Shown piece by piece: positions 13,281 through 23,124 of a stretch of DNA of 64,000 nucleotides. The first letter of the stretch is position 1, and each line of letters begins with the position of its first letter. The DNA is from Verrucomicrobiota bacterium (lineage in GTDB: Bacteria; Verrucomicrobiota; Verrucomicrobiia; Opitutales; Cerasicoccaceae). A program made the position numbers and the translations under genes. Location: contig JBCBUK010000004.1 in the NCBI GenBank assembly GCA_039818205.1, positions 8,302-72,301 of the forward strand, in the 5' to 3' direction. Below the pieces are notes generated by a model. That model did not search any database. It was not told the origin of the DNA and worked only from the letters and a program-made list of their open reading frames with translations.

Positions 13281-14014
13281 GTGGGACCGAACAGAATCGC
13301 GAGATGTATGATCGCTTTGGTGTGCATTATCACCAGAAGCGATTGGCATTGGCGGGTGGTGCGTGGAATCGCTGGGTCGATAAGCCAATGATTGAATCCA
13401 TGCTCAGTGGATTGGAATCGCCATCGCGGACCTTGGATTTGGGATGTGGTAGCGGATTGCTAACGCGATGGCTGAAAGAGCAGGGGTTTGACGTGCGCGG
13501 GCTGGATTTTTCGGAGACGCTTATCGAGATCGCCCGCAAAGAGTTGCCCGACATAGAATTTCACCTGGGTGATGCCAAGCGGACGTCGCTTGATGCTCAA
13601 TCACTGGACTTGGTGGTCAGTGGCCTGGTCATGCACTATGAGCCAGACCTTAATCCACTTTTTAGGGAAGTGGCGCGTATATTAGAGGCTGGGGGTCGTT
13701 TCGTCTTTACGATGCATCACCCAGTGATGGAGGTCCTCAACGTCAACTCAGATGATCTCGCCGCAGCGACCATGAGGCCGTATTTTCACAGCGAGCCCTA
13801 CCGTTGGATGATGCTGGACGATGAGATGGAGTTGGTCAGCTACCATCATACCTTTGAATCCATCTCGGCAGCTTTGGAATCGAATGGCTTCGTGATTGAG
13901 CAGATCAAGGAAGGTCGCATGCCGCCCGAGGTTGCAGTGGAGTTTCCAAAAGATTTCGCGCGTACGAATGCTTTTCCATCCTTTGTTGGTTTTCGAACGA
14001 GGTTGACTGAGTAG
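13277..14014 (+). CDS. Class I SAM-dependent methyltransferase
   Basis: [39 protein letters not shown] overlap with rsmG. Confidence 0.85.
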   Translation: MSGTEQNREMYDRFGVHYHQKRLALAGGAWNRWVDKPMIESMLSGLESPSRTLDLGCGSGLLTRWLKEQGFDVRGLDFSETLIEIARKELPDIEFHLGDAKRTSLDAQSLDLVVSGLVMHYEPDLNPLFREVARILEAGGRFVFTMHHPVMEVLNVNSDDLAAATMRPYFHSEPYRWMMLDDEMELVSYHHTFESISAALESNGFVIEQIKEGRMPPEVAVEFPKDFARTNAFPSFVGFRTRLTE

Positions 14015-14044
14015 GCGTTTTTACCGATAGAAAAAGCTGCTGCT

Positions 14045-14803
14045 ATGAAGAGACTTTTACTTAAATTGCCACCGGTTCGATATTTTCAATTCGGGAGATC
14101 CGTGCTGAATAATGAAAGTCATCTGCTCGCATCGAGAAAGAATGAGGCAGAGTTTCGAAAGCCAACGGCACGGTCGACGGTGATCAACTATCTGTTGTCG
14201 TATTTGAGTCGGGAAACGACTTATTTGGAAATTGGTGTCCGTAACCCAAATCACAACTTCAACAAAATAGCCGCTGACCACAAATTCTCAGTCGATCCAG
14301 GGGTGGAGTATAAAGAAAATCCCGTTGATTTTAAACTGACGAGCGACGAATTTTTCGCGGGGATGAAGCGAGGGGATCTGTTACCCGACACGCTCTTCGA
14401 CGTAATCTTTATCGATGGCCTTCACCTGGCGGAGCAGGTTGATCGGGACATCGCCAATGCTCTGGACCACATCAAGGACGATGGGTTTATTGTTATGCAT
14501 GATTGCAATCCGCCGACGGAGTATCATGCCCGCGAGGATTTTGGTTATCATTTCTCGCCTGCTGGCGGATACTGGAACGGCACGACATGGAAGGCCTTTT
14601 TGAAGTGGCGGTCAAATCCATCAGTCTTCTCGTGCTGTATTGATTCAGACTGGGGAGTCGGTGTTTTGTCGAAAACGAAAAATGTTGGGAAATCAACTAC
14701 GTCGTTGAATCCCTTCTTCGAGTTTTCGGTTTTGGAAGCAAACCGCGAGGATGCCCTCAACTTAATCTCATTTGAAGAGTTAAAGGCGCGGGTTGAGGCC
14801 TAG
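14045..14803 (+). CDS. Class I SAM-dependent methyltransferase (Methyltransf_24-like)
   Basis: YLEIGV, SVDP, TSDEFF, FDVIFIDGLH, GFIVMHDCNP, WNG.TWKA. Confidence 0.8.
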   Translation: MKRLLLKLPPVRYFQFGRSVLNNESHLLASRKNEAEFRKPTARSTVINYLLSYLSRETTYLEIGVRNPNHNFNKIAADHKFSVDPGVEYKENPVDFKLTSDEFFAGMKRGDLLPDTLFDVIFIDGLHLAEQVDRDIANALDHIKDDGFIVMHDCNPPTEYHAREDFGYHFSPAGGYWNGTTWKAFLKWRSNPSVFSCCIDSDWGVGVLSKTKNVGKSTTSLNPFFEFSVLEANREDALNLISFEELKARVEA

Positions 14804-15838
14804 TCCTCCTCATCCTCATCGTCTTCGTCATCGAGGTCTTTGAATCCGTAGAGATCGGCTTCAATGGGAGTGCTCACCGAGGCGAATTTCTTTAGTTCTA
14901 GCACAGGGTAGGCGGCCTGGAAACTTTCGAAGAACGTTGCGGTATCGGGGCTTTCGTCCGCCAATCGTTTGATTTGTTTCTCGCTGATTCCATCAACGCA
15001 GTTGAACAAGTTGATGAGGTATTCGCGGAATCCATTCTTGTGGAATCGCGGATTGAAAAATCAGGTTCGAGGATTCATACCGATTGACGACTGCTGCGGA
15101 GAGATCTTCGCGTTCGGGTAAGGTTTCGGAAACGTCATCGGCAATTTGGTCGATGTGTTCGGAAGCCATGAGCTCGTAAGTCTTGTGGAGATCCTTTTCG
15201 TTTTTGTGGTGCTTCCTCCAGCGGCCGACAAAGACTTCTTCCCCATCTTCCCAAAGTGGTCTTTCGTGGGAGTCATACATACCCAGGAGGTCTTGGTTTA
15301 GCTGCTTCTGTAGCTCCTCGGTAAACATGTCTTCGACAAATTCCTTGAGCGGCGCCTCGCCAACCAAGGTCAGGATTTTCTCGTGTAGCTGAGCGATCGT
15401 CGCGTCCGGATAGGCTTCGGTGATCTTATTCGGCTTAATCCCAAAGGTGTCCCCTAGTTTGGCCGTGGTTACATCGAGCGTCATGTCGTCAATCGTGGTG
15501 GCCGAGAAGCCACAGATTGTCTCACCCTTGGTGACGTAGATCTCCCCGAACATCGAAAGTGAATCATTGGCAAGGATCATCGGTTTGATCCCAATTGCCG
15601 TGGGTTTATAGACCTTGAACGGGCGAAATCCGTGTACCTCGAACTGGGAAATCAACGCACGTATATCGTCTCCGTTGGTCCAGTCGGGATTAGGATCTTC
15701 TTCGAGCTCGATCGGCTCAAGTGCGGCCGCGAAGTCTTTCAATTTTCCCCAGTAGTGGCGGATGACGAAAAATGCAATGACTCCCAGAATGATGAGGGCC
15801 AGAAATATGTAGCCAAGGATTTTGAGTAGCAGATCCAT
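14800..15838 (-). pseudogene. Membrane-anchored hypothetical protein split by one frameshift (pseudogene or sequencing error)
   Basis: ORF 14993..15838 and ORF 14800..15009 join into one frame if one base is removed from the A5 run at 15056-15060 (...SNLIFNPRFHKNGFREYLINLFNCVDG...). Confidence 0.55.
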
Positions 15839-15955
15839 AGGTTCGATCTTGATTCAATTGAATTGAGAGGTCAATTGGCATTCGGCAAACACCGATTTAT
15901 TTACCTAAGTTTCGGTCCAGTTAAATGCTGGACACGCGCTAGATGGATCAGGGGC

Positions 15956-16645
15956 CTAATAGCGCTCGGCGAGGCTTGCGCGTACTTTCGGGTCGCGCGT
16001 TTCATAGTCGAGAACCGTTCCCAATTCATCGCTAACAATTACGGTGGGTTTGTTCGACCCACTATCTGAAATTTGCGTGACGAATGGTTCACCATACTTG
16101 ATCCTCGCTTTCATGGGTGTGCCACTCGGACCGTCTAAGGGCACGTAGGCCGCGTAGACGAGAATATCGCGATAGAAGGGCGATGTCGTTGAAACGGAGA
16201 TTTGATGAGTCGCGGATCCCCCAGATCTATGTCGGCTCACATTTGAATTGTTTCCGACGCCGTCGTGATCGTGAAAGCCGGCACCGCTACTACTTGCGAA
16301 TGTAGTACGGTTGCTCGTCGCTGAACTTGAGCTAATGTGAATATCTTTGATTCGAATACTGATCATTGATTCGCTGCTCCGGTGTTTATGCATTAGCGCA
16401 ATGGATTCTTTCGTGAGGCGAGACTCAGAAAACTCAAATCGATTCCCTTGTCGATTGCGGGCGGTCAATGTTCCGTCGGGCGCCCGATCGGTAATCAATA
16501 GCTCAGCTGTGCGACCATCGGTTGCTTGCAGGATAAGGTAACCGTCGCTGGTTGGTCCAAGCTTGGCTCTTTCTTCCGGTGGGGAACAGGCACTCAACAG
16601 GAATAGCGCGCAAATGGCGCAGAGTATCTGATGGTAGCTTCTCAT
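15956..16645 (-). CDS. Hypothetical lipoprotein, possible SHD1-like N-terminal domain
   Basis: Lipobox LLSAC; QATDGRTAELLI...TARNRQGNRFEFSESRLTKES; Ser-rich insertion. Confidence 0.6.
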   Translation of the reverse strand: MRSYHQILCAICALFLLSACSPPEERAKLGPTSDGYLILQATDGRTAELLITDRAPDGTLTARNRQGNRFEFSESRLTKESIALMHKHRSSESMISIRIKDIHISSSSATSNRTTFASSSGAGFHDHDGVGNNSNVSRHRSGGSATHQISVSTTSPFYRDILVYAAYVPLDGPSGTPMKARIKYGEPFVTQISDSGSNKPTVIVSDELGTVLDYETRDPKVRASLAERY

Positions 16646-16705
16646 GCCCGTAAACTAGGCATGGTGCAGCCCGCAAGTCAATGCCGCTGTCCTATAATAT
16701 AATTA

Positions 16706-18811
16706 CTACCAGCCGCCTTGGAGGTGCAGGAGCTCGTAAAAGTCTTCGCCAATGGATTGGATGTCTCGGAGAAAGCGACTGGGTTGCAGCAGTCGAGGGG
16801 GGCCACCGGTTACGGTAACTTTTGGGTAGCAAAGATATAGCTCATCCATCGCACGGGTGACGGCCACGTAGAACAGGCGCCGTTCTTCCTCAACGTCGCC
16901 CTCTTCAATCGCGCGTTTCAGGGGCAAAAGCTCATCGGCACACCCAAGGACGAACACCACCGGAAACTCGAGTCCTTTGGCTTGGTGTATGGTCGAAAGG
17001 CGCAGGGTTTCGGCATCGGCCTCAATCTTACGGTCGCTTGTCTCGGAATTAAGGAGGACCAACTGAGCTAACAGCTCAGTCATCGTGTCGTAGCGACTGG
17101 CAAATCCAATCAGGGAATCCAAGTCGTCGCGGCGGGTCTGCCAGTTTTCATAGACGGTTCTTAGGTAGTCGCCATACCAGCCCTCGATGCCAATCTTGAC
17201 GACGTCTTCGGGTGGCTTCGCCTTGGACTCGGCGGCGGCTTTTTCATCGGCAAGCACTTCAGCGAAGAGGTCGCCTTGATTTTCTTTTGGTTCATCTTTG
17301 GCGCCGAGCGATGGAGAGCCAAGGGCCTCATGCATGTCTTGCATGGTGTAGGCCATATCGGTCCAGTCGTCGACGGCATCCTTAGGCACCTTGGCGAGAA
17401 CCGTGTCGTCGGTTAGGGATTGGAAAAACGGCTTTGATTCTTTTTCGGCGACTTTCCGGGTCAGCTTGAGCAGGCGCTCGGCGGTCTTGGGACCGATTTT
17501 GGGCAAAAGCCCGGCTACTCGTTTGAACGCGGTCTCGTTGCCTGGATTGCTGATGAACGATAGCTGGGCTACGAAATCGCGGATGTGGGCTTGCTCGAAA
17601 AATCGGACACCGCTGGTGATCGTATAGGCCAAGCCTTGCCGGGAAAGCTCCATCTGGAGATCCATTGCCTGGTAATGGGCCCGGTAAAGTACGGCAATGT
17701 CCTTCAGGGGCGTGCCCTGCATCTGCAAGCCCTCGATGCGCTTAAGCACGAACTGGGCTTGCTGCCGGGTGTCCATGGTTGGGATAACATAAGGGCGTTG
17801 GTTTGAGGTTTTGGCGGCGGATAGTTCCAGTGGATAGCCGTCGATGTATGGATGTTGAAACATCAACGCGTTGGCTAATTTCAGGATCTCTGGGCTTGAG
17901 CGGTAATTGGTTTCAATCTTGTAGATCTCACGTTCGGGGTATTTTTGACCGAACTCTTCCATGTTGCCAAACTCGGCTCCTCGCCAGGTGTAGATGCACT
18001 GCCAGTTATCGCCCACGATCATCACGTTGCGGTGTTTCTCTGCCATGCGATTGATGATGGCGGCCTGGACCGTGTTGGTGTCCTGGTACTCGTCGACCAG
18101 GATGTAGCGAAAACGGGATTGAAGGACCTCGCGAACCTCTGCGTTGTCATTAAGCAATTTTAACCAAAGCTCAAGTAGATCATCGTAATCGCACACCTGT
18201 TGAGTGCGTTTTTTCTCCTCGTAAGCATCGGCAAACGAGCGAACCTTTTCGGGGAGATCTTCGAGCCACGGGTAGCGCTCGGCGGCTACGTCCTCAACCG
18301 CGCGCTCAGTATTGCGTGAATAGCTCACGATATCGAGCACGACGCGCGGTTTGGGGTTCTCTTTATCCTTATTGAATTTGGCATCGAGCTCTTTGAGGGT
18401 ATCTCCAAACAGGCTTTCAGAGTCCCCTTGGTCGAGGATTGTGTAGCTCTTGTCTAGGCCAATGCTTTCACCATGCATGCGCAGGATGCGGCTGCCGATC
18501 GAGTGAAATGTGCCGCCCCAGAATTTGTGCCCAGGCACGCCGGTTAGCTCCTCAACCCGCTGTAACATTTCTCGGGCCGCCTTGTTGGTAAAAGTAAGCA
18601 GTAGGATCTCTCGCGGCCAGACGCCCTTTTCCAGCAAATAGGCAACGCGGTAGGTGAGGGTGCGGGTCTTGCCTGAGCCGGCTCCCGCGAGCACGAGCGA
18701 GGGACCATCAGGGGCAGTCACCGCGGCCAACTGGGCCGGATTGAGTTCGGCTTCGTAGTTGATCGGGGAAAATGCGTCAACCGGCGGGGTTCCCTTTCCA
18801 GAAAAATCCAT
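16706..18811 (-). CDS. UvrD/PcrA/Rep family SF1 DNA helicase
   Basis: LNPAQ, AGAGSGKT, TFTNKAA, VDEYQDTN, VGDNWQCIY.WRGA, NYRS, TIHQAKGLEF, EERRLFYVAVTRA. Confidence 0.95.
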   Translation of the reverse strand: MDFSGKGTPPVDAFSPINYEAELNPAQLAAVTAPDGPSLVLAGAGSGKTRTLTYRVAYLLEKGVWPREILLLTFTNKAAREMLQRVEELTGVPGHKFWGGTFHSIGSRILRMHGESIGLDKSYTILDQGDSESLFGDTLKELDAKFNKDKENPKPRVVLDIVSYSRNTERAVEDVAAERYPWLEDLPEKVRSFADAYEEKKRTQQVCDYDDLLELWLKLLNDNAEVREVLQSRFRYILVDEYQDTNTVQAAIINRMAEKHRNVMIVGDNWQCIYTWRGAEFGNMEEFGQKYPEREIYKIETNYRSSPEILKLANALMFQHPYIDGYPLELSAAKTSNQRPYVIPTMDTRQQAQFVLKRIEGLQMQGTPLKDIAVLYRAHYQAMDLQMELSRQGLAYTITSGVRFFEQAHIRDFVAQLSFISNPGNETAFKRVAGLLPKIGPKTAERLLKLTRKVAEKESKPFFQSLTDDTVLAKVPKDAVDDWTDMAYTMQDMHEALGSPSLGAKDEPKENQGDLFAEVLADEKAAAESKAKPPEDVVKIGIEGWYGDYLRTVYENWQTRRDDLDSLIGFASRYDTMTELLAQLVLLNSETSDRKIEADAETLRLSTIHQAKGLEFPVVFVLGCADELLPLKRAIEEGDVEEERRLFYVAVTRAMDELYLCYPKVTVTGGPPRLLQPSRFLRDIQSIGEDFYELLHLQGGW

Positions 18812-18863
18812 CCGACAAGCGTTAAAAGCGGAAACTCGAATGGCGAGGGGAAACTGCAGTTTC

Positions 18864-19809
18864 CTAGACGGGTATTTCGTCCCAACCACGGATTGGTTTG
18901 TGGTTCGAGCGGAATTTTTCGATGGCTAGTTCGAGTTCATAAAACGATGAGACCTCTTTGACCTGATCGTAGTAGAGGCAGCGTTGGGCGACGCCTTTAA
19001 GGTCGAATCCCCAATAAACCGGCATTAGTGGATTGATCCACAGCTTGCTTCCCTGTGTGCGAGGGTTCGCATGATAATCGCCGTAGTTACCTTCAACTGC
19101 GGATACGATCGAGCTGGTAACAATGCTTGGTCGTACGGGCATCTTGCTCTCCACATAGCGGTAGGCTTCTTTGAAGAGGTGAACCTCTTCCATGTCATTC
19201 AATAGGCTTAGGAGGCCAAGGTAGTGTCCTTTTGAAGCGAGATCAGAGACTGCTTCGAGGAATTGGAAGTGATTGACTCCGTGAAATGCATCGACTCCAA
19301 ATGCGATAGAGAGGAGAAACTTTCTCTCCAGTTTCAGTTCGTTGACGGCCACAATGCTTGCTATGTCCTCGTGGGGCGTACCAAGGCCGACCTCGTCTCC
19401 GCGCATGAGGCTGTCATGCCTCCGTCAACCAGGACGACCGTATCGATCTCCATGAGCTCGCAAAGGGCCTCGTAATCGGCTTTGAGTGTTTTCGGGCCGG
19501 TCCTTTGGAAACAACAGACATGGACGTCCATTCCATTCTTGCGAAACCATTCCGACAGATATTTTCCGGGAAATAGCCCATTGAGCCTCCCGCATCGGCA
19601 TCAACGATTAACGAAGTATTGGTGAGAGCTTTGCCTTTTGCTCCTTGTAAGGGCGTGAATGTGAGATTCGCTAGAAACGCGAAAATTCCTTTTTGCCGGA
19701 GGTAAAAGTACAACGGAAGTCCACTAAAGATGTCAAAGCCTCCTCCAGCGCCAGCGATCAGTACGCGGCTGCCCTTTTCGATCGCGGAAATAATGCGATT
19801 CTCTTTCAT
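18864..19809 (-). pseudogene. DUF1152-like protein interrupted by two single-base deletions
   Basis: IAGAGGGFDIFSGLPL...GYFPE, frameshift near 19563, YLSEWF...VLVDGG, frameshift near 19416, DSLMRGDEVGLGTPHED...LWINPLM. Confidence 0.7.
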
Positions 19810-19822
19810 GTGCAGGAAATCC

Positions 19823-20410
19823 TTACTCAATGAGGAAGAGGGTGCCGGCGAGTTCCTGGGCGGTGTTATCGCTGCCGGAGCTGCTGCTGCCGCTGCTCTT
19901 AGTAAAGGCCTGGACGAAGGCACGGTAGAACTGTTGGAGCTCGGCTTTTCTTGATATCCGAAATTCCAGAGTCTTGGCATGCGTTGTGATTGGATAATCT
20001 TTAATCACCGGTGTTTGGACGGCATTCCCTTGGCCACGCCCTTTGTCGATAATGTTTTGGACAGCGCTTGGGACTCCGGGGTTGTTCACTGGGCTTGCTG
20101 CGTCGGCAGCAGTCATCGCTTGTTTGGCATCCGACAGCTCGGTGTGATAGAGTCGAAGTTGCAATGGGCTGTCGGCGATATCGATGGTGACCTCGGTCAC
20201 GGAGTAGGGACCGGCCTGATATTCTTGAAGAGAGACCGAGTTGATCTTGTCGTGTCGCCCGTAAAACGACTGCAAGCCGTCGGGAAACTCAATTCCGAAG
20301 AGGCGTTTGTTGTTCAGGGAATCCTGATTAATTTGCAGCGCGTTCAGGGACAGTGAGAACAGCATCCCGCAAAGGAGGAGAGAAAAGGAAAGTTTTTTTC
20401 TAGTTGCCAC
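19823..20410 (-). CDS. Hypothetical exported protein
   Basis: GTG start, signal-peptide-like N-terminus, VIKDYPITTHAKTLEFRI near the C-terminus. Confidence 0.65.
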   Translation of the reverse strand: MATRKKLSFSLLLCGMLFSLSLNALQINQDSLNNKRLFGIEFPDGLQSFYGRHDKINSVSLQEYQAGPYSVTEVTIDIADSPLQLRLYHTELSDAKQAMTAADAASPVNNPGVPSAVQNIIDKGRGQGNAVQTPVIKDYPITTHAKTLEFRISRKAELQQFYRAFVQAFTKSSGSSSSGSDNTAQELAGTLFLIE

Positions 20411-20459
20411 AACTTAAGTCAATCAATCCTGTTAAACCACGCAAATGCTTTTTTGATTC

Positions 20460-22115
20460 ATGCTTCGTTGCGAAAATATTGTTGTCCGCGCGGGTGGCCA
20501 GGGCCCGATGATTTTAAGAGGTGCCACAGCGGAGTTTCTGGACGGTGGGCTGAATGCGGTAATCGGGCCTTCGGGTTGCGGAAAAACCACCTTGATGAAG
20601 GCCATTCTGGGAATTTTGCCGTCGGAGGGAGACGCCTATTATGGTGATACCAAGATTGGATCTTCCAAAGATTTGGTGGGGCGCGTTGGTTTTGCGCCGC
20701 AGTTCAGCATTGCCCAGCCGAGGCTCACAGTGGAGGAATCGATTCGCTTCACGCTCCAGTTGAACGTTGCCGACACGCAGGAGCAACAGTCGCGCTTGGA
20801 GAATATCCTCAAGACGATTGGTTTGTCCGAACACCGTGAGAAACGGGTCGAGTCACTTTCTGGCGGGCAGTTGCGTCGGCTCGGTTTGGGTTTGGAGCTC
20901 ACGTTGGACCCACACTGTTTGGTTTGCGATGAGGTTACCTCGGGGTTGGATCCTTTGTCGGAGGATCAGATTTTAGCATTGTTGCGTTCATTGAGCGAGC
21001 GGGACGGAAAGTCCTTCATCTGCATCATTCATAACCTGGCGAAACTCGAGCTCTTTGACCGGGTGACGGTTGTTTATGAGGGCGACGTTGTTTTTCAGGG
21101 CAACAACGAGGAGCTCTGCGCTTATTTTGAAATTCCGGATGCGTTGCACCTTTATGACCTCCTGAATCAGCATGAGCTTAGCTACTGGCAGGAGAAATGG
21201 AAGGTAGCGAAAGGCCAATTAGTTAATCCTGAGCCATCGGCACCGCCCGAGCCCACTGAGGCGCGTCCAGGGCTCTTGGCACAGCTGGTGACCTTGCTTG
21301 CCCGCCGCGGATTGTTGTTCTTTCGCGATACGGGATACCTTGGGCTTACCTTGGCGATCACCTTTGGCTTCCCTTGCTTGGTCGTGATTTTTGCGCTGGA
21401 TGGATTGCCGCAGATCGAGAGCATGGGCTTCCAGCAGAGTGGAGACCTGGTGCGTCAGCTGGTCGATTCGGTGGCGATCAAAGTGGAGAATATGCAAACG
21501 GCTTCTCTGGTGACGGGGCTGATTATGTTTCAGGTCATTTTGTTGACCTTGATGGGCTCGAATAATGGGGCGCGGGAGATTGCAGCCGAGCGGATCATCT
21601 ACGAGAAGGAGCGATTATCGGGGCTCAGCGTCGGTGCCTACGCAATGTCGAAATTGATTTTTGTGGGTCTGCTGGCGGCTCTTCAGGGCGTCTGGATGAC
21701 GTTCTTCGTAAAGATTATATGCCACTTCCCAGGGCCTTGGTTATGGCAAATTGCGGTGCTGGCCGCGGTTTGTGTTTCAATGACTTTCGTATGCCTGGGA
21801 TTCAGTGCGCTGTTCCGATCCGCCGAGAAGGCGTCTTTGCTGTCGATTTATTTGGTCGGGTTTCAACTGCCGTTGTCGGGCGTTGTTTTGGCGCTGCCAG
21901 ACTACTTGGTTTGGATTTGTCGACCGTTCATCAACGGCTATTGGGGATGGGCAGGCTACATGAACTCGATGATTGATAGCCGTATCTACGATGCCTATCG
22001 CGATATGAATGCTGATTGGATTTCCAGGCCTGATTTGGCGATCGCGGTGCTGGCATTACAAGGGATGGTTGGCATTGCTATGGTCGTTGTTGGCTGTCGG
22101 AAATCTCAGTGGTAG
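20460..22115 (+). CDS. ABC transporter with fused NBD and ABC-2 permease (ABCG-like half transporter)
   Basis: GPSGCGKT, LSGGQ, VCDE, IIH; C-terminal TM block with REIAAER.IYEKER. Confidence 0.88.
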   Translation: MLRCENIVVRAGGQGPMILRGATAEFLDGGLNAVIGPSGCGKTTLMKAILGILPSEGDAYYGDTKIGSSKDLVGRVGFAPQFSIAQPRLTVEESIRFTLQLNVADTQEQQSRLENILKTIGLSEHREKRVESLSGGQLRRLGLGLELTLDPHCLVCDEVTSGLDPLSEDQILALLRSLSERDGKSFICIIHNLAKLELFDRVTVVYEGDVVFQGNNEELCAYFEIPDALHLYDLLNQHELSYWQEKWKVAKGQLVNPEPSAPPEPTEARPGLLAQLVTLLARRGLLFFRDTGYLGLTLAITFGFPCLVVIFALDGLPQIESMGFQQSGDLVRQLVDSVAIKVENMQTASLVTGLIMFQVILLTLMGSNNGAREIAAERIIYEKERLSGLSVGAYAMSKLIFVGLLAALQGVWMTFFVKIICHFPGPWLWQIAVLAAVCVSMTFVCLGFSALFRSAEKASLLSIYLVGFQLPLSGVVLALPDYLVWICRPFINGYWGWAGYMNSMIDSRIYDAYRDMNADWISRPDLAIAVLALQGMVGIAMVVVGCRKSQW

Positions 22116-22120
22116 GCGGC

Positions 22121-22150
22121 AAAAAAGCGCTTCATGGTCCGAAGCGCTTT
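22121..22150 (-). terminator. Rho-independent terminator between convergent genes (possibly bidirectional)
   Basis: AAAGCGCTTC-N7-GAAGCGCTTT; the left A6 run reads as the U-tail on the minus strand. Confidence 0.7.
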
Positions 22151-22173
22151 GAGAGGATTGGGTTTGCCGCGAG

Positions 22174-23106
22174 CTACTTTTTTCGGGCGGACTTCTTCGT
22201 GGCCGACTTCTTTTTTACTGGACCGCGCCCGGCAAAGGTGAGCTCGGCAACGCCGGACTTATCGAGCTCACCGAGTCCAAGCTCTACCATACGGTCGTAT
22301 TGATCTTTGGTCGCCTGAGCCAGCGGAGCCTTGACCTTGGCTTTGCGGGCAATTCCCAGGGCGATGCCGGAGTCTTTTGCTGCATGAGCGCCCGAGAAAT
22401 AACAGTCGTGATCGCGATCAATCATGTCGGCTGCGTCTGTTTCCAAAACACGGCTGTTTGCGCCGGTTTGAGAAAATACTTTGCACAGCATCTGGAGGTC
22501 GATGCCCAAGGCATCGCCGATCGCCAGGCCTTCGGCCAGGGCAGCGGTGTTGATGTTCATGACCATGTTGACGAGGGCTTTCACCTCGGCAGCCCGACCT
22601 GTTTTGCCAACATAAACTAGCTCCTTGGAAAGGTCTTCGAGGATTGGGCTAACGCGAGTGAACGTCCGCTTGTCGCCACCAATCATGAGATAGAGTTCTC
22701 CGTTACGGGCTTGGGGTATGCTAGAGGCCATGCAGCCTTCCAAAGTCTTGGCGCGAACGGCTGCGGCCGCGGCTTCAACCTCAAGATGGGTCTGGGGAGC
22801 GATCGTCGCACAGTTGATGAAGACCTTGCTGCCTGCTTTGTTCATTAGCAGGTTGTCCCTCTTTGCGGTAAAAATCTTCTTCATGGCCTTGTCGTCAGTG
22901 ACGACGGTGAAGATGATGTCGGCCGCTGGGGTTACATCCGCAAGTTTCTCGGCGACATTACACTCAAGCTCATCAGCCAGTGCCTCGGCGGCATCATAGT
23001 TGATGTCGTAGACCGTCGTTACATTGTAGCCGCAGTCGACCAGACGACGCGCCATGTTGGCTCCCATTCGGCCAACGCCGACGATTGCAATTCGATTTTT
23101 TGCCAT
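22174..23106 (-). CDS. NAD(P)-dependent oxidoreductase, beta-hydroxyacid dehydrogenase family
   Basis: GVGRMGANMA, FINCAT, LYLMIGG, catalytic Lys in VKALVN, AAKDS. Confidence 0.85.
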   Translation of the reverse strand: MAKNRIAIVGVGRMGANMARRLVDCGYNVTTVYDINYDAAEALADELECNVAEKLADVTPAADIIFTVVTDDKAMKKIFTAKRDNLLMNKAGSKVFINCATIAPQTHLEVEAAAAAVRAKTLEGCMASSIPQARNGELYLMIGGDKRTFTRVSPILEDLSKELVYVGKTGRAAEVKALVNMVMNINTAALAEGLAIGDALGIDLQMLCKVFSQTGANSRVLETDAADMIDRDHDCYFSGAHAAKDSGIALGIARKAKVKAPLAQATKDQYDRMVELGLGELDKSGVAELTFAGRGPVKKKSATKKSARKK

Positions 23107-23124
23107 AGGGTGATTATTTTGAAG

